A stretch of 64,000 nucleotides of DNA. Origin: an uncultured Candidatus Cloacimonadota bacterium. Its GTDB lineage: Bacteria; Cloacimonadota; Cloacimonadia; Cloacimonadales; CAYQPF01. A program made the translations under genes and the position numbers. The stretch covers positions 37,523-101,522 of the forward strand of contig CAYQPF010000003.1 in the NCBI GenBank assembly GCA_964419225.1. Reading direction: 5' to 3'. Below the pieces are notes generated by a model. It made no database searches. It was not told where the DNA came from and saw nothing but the letters and a program-made list of their open reading frames with translations. Of the stretch, positions 57,338 to 64,000 are shown piece by piece (position 1 is the first letter of the stretch; each line of letters opens with the position of its first letter).

Positions 57338-58534
57338 ATGACTAACAACATTGTTACTAAAAACCTGGATATTTTAAAGAAACTCAACTTTGACATGTAT
57401 GGAAAAGACTTTCTTTTAACCTGGGAAAAAACCTATGACGAAATTCTCAGTACTCTCTACACCGCAGAAACCTTGAAGGAAATGCATAAAGAAGGCTTAG
57501 ATCTGAAAATCTTCCGCTCCGGTCTTGCCATTTCCATTTTTAGAGACAAATCCACCCGTACCAGATTCAGCTTTGCCTCAGCCGTAAATGCTCTCGGTCT
57601 CACAATGGCCGATATGGATGAAGAAAAATCTCAAATTGCTCATGGTGAAACTGTGCGTGAAACTGCTAACATGATCTCCTTCCTCACTGAAGTGATCGGC
57701 ATCAGAGACGATATGTTCCTCGGTGAAGGCAATAAATATATGAGAGAAGTAGCTGACAGCGTAGAAGACGGCTACAAAAATGGTGTTCTACACCAGAGAC
57801 CTACCCTCGTAAACCTGCAATGCGATATCGATCATCCTACCCAATCTATGTCTGATCTTTTAAAACTGCAGGACTATTTCGGTGGAATCGAAAACCTGAA
57901 AGGGAAGAAAATTGCCATGACCTGGGCTTATTCCCCCAGCTACGGCAAACCCCTCTCCGTTCCTCAGGGCATTATCGGACTCATGACCAGATTCGGCATG
58001 GATGTTACACTCGCTCATCCGGAAGGTTATGACCTTATTCCTGAAGTGGAAGAAATTGCTAAAAAGAACAGTCTTGCTTCCGGTGGCAGTTTCAAAAAAG
58101 TCAATTCTATGGAAGAAGCTTTCAAAGATGCCGACATTGTTTATCCTAAATCCTGGGCTCCTTACCATGTTATGGAAAGAAGAACTCAACTCCTCACTAA
58201 AGGTGACAGAGACGGGCTGAAAGATCTTGAAAAAGAATGTCTCGCTAACAACGCTAAATTCACTAACTGGGAATGCACAGAAGAGATGATGAAACTCACC
58301 AAATATGGCAATGCCCTCTACGAACACTGTCTGCCTGCAGATATTACTGATGTCAGCTGCAAACAGGGTGAGGTATCAGCGGCTGTGTTTGATAAATACA
58401 GAATGCATACATATCATGAAGCAAGCTACAAACCTTTTGTTATCGCTGCCATGATCTTCTTATCCAGAGTCAAAAATCCGACAGAAGCTTTGGAAGCTAT
58501 GCTCAATAAAAACAAGATGAAACTTAAATACTAA
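57338..58534 (+). CDS. ygeW: Knotted carbamoyltransferase YgeW
   Basis: FRDKSTRTRFSF, QIAHGETVRETANMISF, LQCDIDHPTQ, WAYSPSYGKPLSVPQG, HCLPADI. ATG 57338 follows an AGGAG RBS. Confidence 0.95.
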   Translation: MTNNIVTKNLDILKKLNFDMYGKDFLLTWEKTYDEILSTLYTAETLKEMHKEGLDLKIFRSGLAISIFRDKSTRTRFSFASAVNALGLTMADMDEEKSQIAHGETVRETANMISFLTEVIGIRDDMFLGEGNKYMREVADSVEDGYKNGVLHQRPTLVNLQCDIDHPTQSMSDLLKLQDYFGGIENLKGKKIAMTWAYSPSYGKPLSVPQGIIGLMTRFGMDVTLAHPEGYDLIPEVEEIAKKNSLASGGSFKKVNSMEEAFKDADIVYPKSWAPYHVMERRTQLLTKGDRDGLKDLEKECLANNAKFTNWECTEEMMKLTKYGNALYEHCLPADITDVSCKQGEVSAAVFDKYRMHTYHEASYKPFVIAAMIFLSRVKNPTEALEAMLNKNKMKLKY

Positions 58535-58543
58535 GAGGCTAAA

Positions 58544-59989
58544 ATGTCAAAAATCATCAAGAAAATTAATGCTGAAGTACAGAATAAAACTGCCAAGAGA
58601 TGCAGAGACAAGAATATAGTTATACCCACTTTCAAGCAATTGAGAAACCCTGAACTTATCCCTGATGAAATCAAAAAGCAGCTTGACGGAGTTGGCTTGT
58701 GGGATGTTAATCCGGTCAATCTTTTCAGGATCACCTGGAAAAACAATATGGAAACCGGACAATATGGAAAAGTGAACTATCTGGAAATCCCTAAAGAGAT
58801 CACAGGAATCAAAGCCAGAGTCATCGGACTCATAGGCAAATACTTCCCCACTGGTGCACATAAGGTCGGTGCTGCATTCGGTTGCCTTGTACCAAGACTC
58901 GTCAGCGGTGAATTCGATCCGGATGTCCACAAAGCTGTCTGGCCCTCCACCGGCAACTACTGTCGTGGTGGTGCCTTTGACTGTGCTTTGCTCGGTTGTA
59001 CTTCGATCGCCATCCTTCCCGAAGAAATGTCTCAGGAAAGATTCACCTGGTTGAAGGAAATCGGTGCGGAAGTCATTGCAACTCCAGGATGTGAATCCAA
59101 TGTTAAAGAAATATATGATAAGTGCTGGGAACTTAAGAACGATCCCAACAATATGATTTTCAATCAGTTTGAAGAATTCGGTAATCCTTTGTTCCATTAC
59201 AATGTCACAGCTCCGGCAATCGAAGAAGTATATGGTTATGTTAAATCTGATACTTCAAGATTATCAGCATACATCTCAGCGACAGGTTCCGCCGGCACAA
59301 TTGCTGCAGGTGATTACCTGAAAAAATATTATCCGCATGTAAAAGTGGTTGCTACGGAAGCACTCCAATGCCCCACCCTGTACATGAACGGATTCGGTGG
59401 TCATAGAATCGAAGGTATCGGCGACAAGCATGTGCCCTGGGTGCATAATGTCAGAAACACTGATGCTGTTGCTGCGATCGATGATGAAGACTGCATGAGA
59501 ATTTTAAGACTCTTCAATGAAAAAGACGGTAAAGAATACCTGAAGAAAATGAATGTCTCCGAAGATGTAATCAGCAAACTCTCTCTCCTGGGTATTTCCA
59601 GTATCTGTAATCTCTTGGCCGGAATCAAGACTGCTAAATACTATGAAATGGATGAGAACGATCTCATCTTCACTATTTTTACAGATTCAGCTGAAATGTA
59701 CGGTTCACGTTTAGAAGAGCTGACTCAGGCTGATGGAGAATATAATATGATCCAATCTGCCAAAGATCAAGCTGCCTGTCTGGAACATCAGAGTATTGAT
59801 TTCTTTAAAGAATTGGGATACTACGACCGCAAAGCTATCCATAACCTGAAATACTATACCTGGGTGGAACAACAGGGCAAAACCTATGAAGAGATTCTGG
59901 AACAATGGAACCCACAATACTGGACCGACTTGTTTGAGAATGAAATCGGGTTCTTCGATGATCTGATCGACAAATTCAATAAATTATAA
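58544..59989 (+). CDS. PLP-dependent enzyme, fold type II (cysteine synthase/Trp-synthase-beta superfamily)
   Basis: FPTGAHKVGAA (Schiff-base Lys), PSTGNY, TGSAGT, HRIEGIG. Confidence 0.88.
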   Translation: MSKIIKKINAEVQNKTAKRCRDKNIVIPTFKQLRNPELIPDEIKKQLDGVGLWDVNPVNLFRITWKNNMETGQYGKVNYLEIPKEITGIKARVIGLIGKYFPTGAHKVGAAFGCLVPRLVSGEFDPDVHKAVWPSTGNYCRGGAFDCALLGCTSIAILPEEMSQERFTWLKEIGAEVIATPGCESNVKEIYDKCWELKNDPNNMIFNQFEEFGNPLFHYNVTAPAIEEVYGYVKSDTSRLSAYISATGSAGTIAAGDYLKKYYPHVKVVATEALQCPTLYMNGFGGHRIEGIGDKHVPWVHNVRNTDAVAAIDDEDCMRILRLFNEKDGKEYLKKMNVSEDVISKLSLLGISSICNLLAGIKTAKYYEMDENDLIFTIFTDSAEMYGSRLEELTQADGEYNMIQSAKDQAACLEHQSIDFFKELGYYDRKAIHNLKYYTWVEQQGKTYEEILEQWNPQYWTDLFENEIGFFDDLIDKFNKL

Positions 59990-60006
59990 TACAATAAATC
60001 GTTAAA

Positions 60007-60954
60007 TCAAGGACACTTCGGTGTCCTTTTTTTTATTTCAAAAGCCATTTCTGTTCGAATTTTAGCAATTATCATTGAAGAAAAAAGAAGAGCTCCTTTA
60101 TGATTCAAATGAATAGTATCATGAAAATATGCATTAGTTTGAAAAACTGGATCACTGGAGTAATCCCAAACATTATAGTTATATATTCGTAAAGTAGTTT
60201 TGGTTAATTCTATTGTGTTATGCCTGAACTTATTACGATTAGGAGATATGACAAAATAAAGTTTTACTCCCTTGTTTTCACAAAGATCAATAATTTCTTT
60301 TAATCGATTGAACTTCTTTGAATCAATTGGTCTAACCCTATTTTCTTCATAAGGAGGAACGTTATAATTAATTGTATTATAGCGTGGTTCATAACCCAAT
60401 TGTTCAACATTGCCAATTTTTAAATTGTGTTGAACTATTGGTACAAGCAAGGAATTAAAACGGTATAGCATCGATAATTTTGCTTTGATCACTTCAGGTT
60501 TGTTAAATTGGTTTAATTCATTGGTTATTATTGGATTATCTGAAATATAGGGGAGAAGTGCAGATACTAACTGTAAGTTTTTTGTGGCTTGGTCTTCCAG
60601 ATCCTGGAATTCTATAAGACTTATATCTAAAATCACTATTTTGGGAGTATATCGGGATAAAACTGATTTTAACATTATTGTATGATAATTAATGTCCATA
60701 GCATCCCGTCCGATATTAAAGGCTTTAATCCCTAATGAGTCTTCAAACATTTGTGATACATAATGATGAGAGGCTCTTGAACTTCCCAGAATGAGTAAAT
60801 CTTCTTTTGCATGATTAACCGAATAAGTAGTTAAAAAAGTATAACCTTGCTTTTCATTATAATAAAATTTTTTAAGTACAATTCCCATTAATCTGTCCAT
60901 ACAAAAGACTAGAAGTAACAAAAGCATTAAGTTCCAGAAAAGTTTCTTTTTCAT
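60007..60954 (-). CDS. Membrane-anchored SGNH-like protein (PatB/AlgJ/DltD-like partner of the MBOAT)
   Basis: N-terminal TM, ILGSSRA (catalytic Ser block), FHDTIHLN (DxxH). Confidence 0.75.
   Translation of the reverse strand: MKKKLFWNLMLLLLLVFCMDRLMGIVLKKFYYNEKQGYTFLTTYSVNHAKEDLLILGSSRASHHYVSQMFEDSLGIKAFNIGRDAMDINYHTIMLKSVLSRYTPKIVILDISLIEFQDLEDQATKNLQLVSALLPYISDNPIITNELNQFNKPEVIKAKLSMLYRFNSLLVPIVQHNLKIGNVEQLGYEPRYNTINYNVPPYEENRVRPIDSKKFNRLKEIIDLCENKGVKLYFVISPNRNKFRHNTIELTKTTLRIYNYNVWDYSSDPVFQTNAYFHDTIHLNHKGALLFSSMIIAKIRTEMAFEIKKRTPKCP
60009..60034 (+). terminator. Rho-independent terminator between convergent operons
   Basis: AAGGACAC-ttcg-GTGTCCTT followed by a T tract. Confidence 0.9.
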
Positions 60955-60963
60955 ATCAACACC

Positions 60964-62382
60964 TTAAAACTGAAAATAAATAAATTGACTGCCATTAAAA
61001 ACACCGATCATTAAAATAAGAATTATCAGTGTTGAATATCCTGCAAATCGTATAATTTTATTACTATTATACAATATAGAGAAATTGAGTTTTTGGAGGA
61101 ATTCCGTTTTAAACTCAACAGCAAAAAGAATCAGGATAACAAGTAGGCTATAAACAAAACTAGCCGGATTTCCCAGGAAGAATTTTCCCTTAAGGTGTAT
61201 AATACTATTAATTATATTCATTGCGTCTGAAAAACTGTTAGCTCGGAAGAAAATCCAAGCAAAACAAACAAGGCTGAAGGTACAAAAATATGACAATACT
61301 GTATAATAGGATTTCAGAACAGCAGCTATTTGATCTAAGTACTTTCTTAACAAATTTCCTGAAATCAAAAAAGCACCATGCAATCCACCCCAAATAATAT
61401 AATTCCAACTCGCTCCATGCCATAATCCACTTACTAAAAAAACTATCAAAAGATTCCTGTTCCATCTAACCTTTGATACTCTACTGCCTCCTAATGGTAT
61501 GTATAAATAATCTCTGAACCAACTGGATAGTGATATATGCCATCGCCCCCAAAATTCATGTATTGATCTTGAAAAATATGGTCTTCTAAAATTGGTCATT
61601 AGTTTGAATCCTAATACTCTGGCAGATCCTAATGCTATGTCTGAATATCCTGAAAAATCACAGTAGATTTGTATCGCAAAAAATATGGTGGCTATGATTA
61701 GAGTAATACCACCATGCCAACTCTGATTATTATACACCGAGTTCACATATATTGCCAATCTGTCAGCAATCACTACTTTTTTAAAAATCCCCCATAATAT
61801 CAACTTCAATCCTTCTGCAACCCGTGAATAATCAAAATCATATTTACAGTGAAACTGATGCAGCATGTTCTGGGGTCGTTCTATCGGACCAGCAACTAAT
61901 TGAGGGAAAAACATCACGTACAGAGCATAAATTCCAAACCTCTTTTCAGCCTTCTGATTACCGCGATACACTTCAATAGTATAACTCATGGCCTGAAAAG
62001 TGTGAAAGGATAATCCGATTGGCAAGAGAATAGATAAATTCGGAATCGTGTTTTGATAACCAATACTATTTAAAAAATATGACAAATTCTCATTAAGAAA
62101 ATTATAATACTTAAAAACAGCCAACACTCCGACATTTGCTATTAGACTAGCAATTAAGTAAATCTTGCGTTTTCTCCCCTTTGTCCTTTCCAGATAAATT
62201 CCGGCTATGTAATCTATAACTATTGTAAATCCAAGTATCAGGATATATATGGGCAAAAAAACCATGTAAAAATAACAACTGCTTAGTAAAAGCCAAAACC
62301 ATCTTTTGTTATAGGGCAGCATGAAATATATTATTGTAACTAATAGAAAAAATAATGCAAAGTGTAAAGAATTGAAAAGCAT
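60964..62382 (-). CDS. MBOAT family O-acyltransferase (AlgI/PatA/DltB-like)
   Basis: LPIGLSFHTFQ, FFPQLVAGPIER, YCDFSGYSDIA, FWGRWHISLSSWFRDYLYIPLGG, GLWHGASW, FIYFQF. Confidence 0.95.
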   Translation of the reverse strand: MLFNSLHFALFFLLVTIIYFMLPYNKRWFWLLLSSCYFYMVFLPIYILILGFTIVIDYIAGIYLERTKGRKRKIYLIASLIANVGVLAVFKYYNFLNENLSYFLNSIGYQNTIPNLSILLPIGLSFHTFQAMSYTIEVYRGNQKAEKRFGIYALYVMFFPQLVAGPIERPQNMLHQFHCKYDFDYSRVAEGLKLILWGIFKKVVIADRLAIYVNSVYNNQSWHGGITLIIATIFFAIQIYCDFSGYSDIALGSARVLGFKLMTNFRRPYFSRSIHEFWGRWHISLSSWFRDYLYIPLGGSRVSKVRWNRNLLIVFLVSGLWHGASWNYIIWGGLHGAFLISGNLLRKYLDQIAAVLKSYYTVLSYFCTFSLVCFAWIFFRANSFSDAMNIINSIIHLKGKFFLGNPASFVYSLLVILILFAVEFKTEFLQKLNFSILYNSNKIIRFAGYSTLIILILMIGVFNGSQFIYFQF

Positions 62383-62609
62383 CTATATGACCCCTGAAAC
62401 ATAATTTCTTCACCCTTTTATGTTGTCAAATGATAAGTTCAATCCGACAATATTACTCCGTAACACAAATGATACACTGAAACAAATGTGTTTATTCCAC
62501 TATTTCTCTTTATTTAATTTGTTATCAACATTTTACAAATTTCTGCAACATTTTTGTGCAACACTTCTGTTACAAACCCAACAATCTCAAGTCTTGAGAC
62601 TATATTATC

Positions 62610-62667
62610 TAACTCTTTATATTTCAGCGTATTATAGTTTTGGTACAAGCATTGGCATCGGCCTTGC
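62610..62667 (+). promoter_or_regulatory. Putative sigma54 promoter with upstream IHF-like site
   Basis: TTGGCATCGGCCTTGC at 62652-62667 (GG-N10-GC). Upstream TAACTC-TTTAT-ATTTCA-GCGTA-TTA matches the motif at 1987. Confidence 0.65.
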
Positions 62668-62717
62668 CTTATAAAAAGAAAAAACCAGTCTTCGGACTGA
62701 GAAAAATTGGAGGATAT

Positions 62718-64000
62718 ATGAGTTTCATAAGTTTGAACAAGAAATTCAGCTGGATGCTTTTCCTGACTCTGTTCTGCATGTTTTCATTAGTAAATGCAGC
62801 AACTGTAACAGGTAGCGTCTCTAACCAGGAAGGCACTGCAATCGCTAACAGTTTTGTTAGTCTTCATTTTGATGGTAACCCCGGTGATAACGGCTGCGAA
62901 CCTGGAGACAGCACAAATCATCATGCACAACTGAATGCCATGACAGATGCTTCCGGCATTTTCACTATTACCAATGTTCCAGTAGGTTCTTATACAGCTA
63001 TGGCACATGCACAGGGCTATATGATGGGTTTCTACAAAAATGCTGATGGTCAGATCGCTGTAATCGTTATTGATGCTGACGAACAGGAAGTAACAGGCAT
63101 TAACATTCTTTTAGGAAATGGAAACAATCCACCCCCACCACAAGAATTCGGTTCAATTGCTGGATATGTTTATGGCAACAACAACAATCCTGTCCCAATG
63201 CAATCAATTGGATTAGTAAATTCCACCAATCCTGACAGCCTTATTTGGGCTCAATGGGCTACCACAAATATGGAAGGCAGATATATGCTACACCACGTTC
63301 CAGCAGGGACATACCAGGTAGCTGTTTATCAATTAACAGATCCTGTAACTCTTGCCTATACAATTTTAGCAGTATCTGATGTTGTTGAATTAGTTGCAGC
63401 TGCACATCTTGACAGTGTTAACATCATCATGGATTATCAAAGTTATACTATTTCCGGTATTGTAACCAATGCTGATGGCCAACCGATTGCTAATGCCAAT
63501 GTTGAGGCTTTTACAGATATGGATGCTCCAGAAGGAACTAATGTAGGATTCCATAGATTTTTTGCTCATACTGATGCTACAGGTGCTTATTCTATCGAAG
63601 TTGTTCCCGGGCAGTACAAAGTCTGTGCTTGGGGTCATCACTTCCCCACAATTTATTATCCTTCAACTTATGACTGGATGCAAGCTACTCCTGTTGTTGT
63701 CGTAGATCAGAACATCGTTGATATCAACATGGCTGTTCCCGGTAATGCTGCAGTTCATATCAGTGGTATTGTCAAAGACCTGGCAACCGGGCTTGCTTTA
63801 GCCGGTATCACTGTTAAAACTGATGTAAACGGATACTATCATCACGGACATCATGGTCATCATGGCAATAATCCTGCCGACCCTGATTCCTCATACATTC
63901 CTGAATATTCGGCTACTACAGATGAAAACGGTGCTTATTCTATAGAAGTTCCCCAGGGAACATATAAAGTTCTGGCTATGAGTGCTGACGGAACTTATCA
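62718..64000 (+). CDS. Secreted protein with tandem carboxypeptidase-regulatory-like (CnaB-type) domains, 3'-truncated; absent from the ORF track
   Basis: GGAGG RBS, ATG 62718. Signal peptide MSFISLNKKFSWMLFLTLFCMFSLVNA. Repeats of G-x-V...TDASGIFTITNVPVGSY, TDATGAYSIEVVPGQY, TDENGAYSIEVPQGTY. Frame stays open to the window end. Confidence 0.85.
   Translation, partial: MSFISLNKKFSWMLFLTLFCMFSLVNAATVTGSVSNQEGTAIANSFVSLHFDGNPGDNGCEPGDSTNHHAQLNAMTDASGIFTITNVPVGSYTAMAHAQGYMMGFYKNADGQIAVIVIDADEQEVTGINILLGNGNNPPPPQEFGSIAGYVYGNNNNPVPMQSIGLVNSTNPDSLIWAQWATTNMEGRYMLHHVPAGTYQVAVYQLTDPVTLAYTILAVSDVVELVAAAHLDSVNIIMDYQSYTISGIVTNADGQPIANANVEAFTDMDAPEGTNVGFHRFFAHTDATGAYSIEVVPGQYKVCAWGHHFPTIYYPSTYDWMQATPVVVVDQNIVDINMAVPGNAAVHISGIVKDLATGLALAGITVKTDVNGYYHHGHHGHHGNNPADPDSSYIPEYSATTDENGAYSIEVPQGTYKVLAMSADGTY

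Noticed and set aside
58547-59197. Longer antisense or alternate-frame ORFs (also 9966-10526, 38434-38979, 57860-58327, 33656-34108 and others)
   Set aside because: They are shadows of well-supported genes and show no motifs of their own.

Overview
AT-rich bacterial chromosome segment. The gene repertoire tentatively suggests an anaerobic FCB-group organism such as Cloacimonadota; this is an inference, not a determination. Order of contents: (1) the end of a GAF/PAS sensor kinase. (2) A ~32 kb co-oriented glycan locus (2520-34759): gmd/fcl for GDP-fucose; a GDP-route legionaminic-acid pathway containing a 3-hydroxyacyl-CoA dehydrogenase and an amidotransferase; and four giant multi-domain glycosyl/methyl/phosphotransferase proteins (779-2069 aa). 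No flippase, polymerase or export genes lie in the window. (3) An EcoRII-like restriction-modification locus whose Vsr and C5 methyltransferase are in one ORF. (4) A MacAB/FtsX-type ABC exporter with two permeases. (5) A defence cluster: two paralogous DUF262-DUF1524 (GmrSD-like) genes bracketing an inverted ~1250-aa SIR2 protein. (6) ygiD, a TPR-HisKA protein, a 2Fe-2S/ygeW/PLP-enzyme operon, an MBOAT+SGNH pair and a secreted carboxypeptidase-regulatory-repeat protein running off the end. The most striking unexplained structure is non-coding. A GxxExxY nuclease-fold gene between gmd and fcl is bracketed by a 34-bp inverted repeat built of 9-mers. Related solo arms, 7-mer tandem arrays and REP-like palindromes fill many spacers, and a degenerate arm sits in-frame inside fcl. 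Three sigma54-type promoters are visible, two sharing an upstream IHF-like motif. No rRNA, tRNA, CRISPR array or transposase was recognised.
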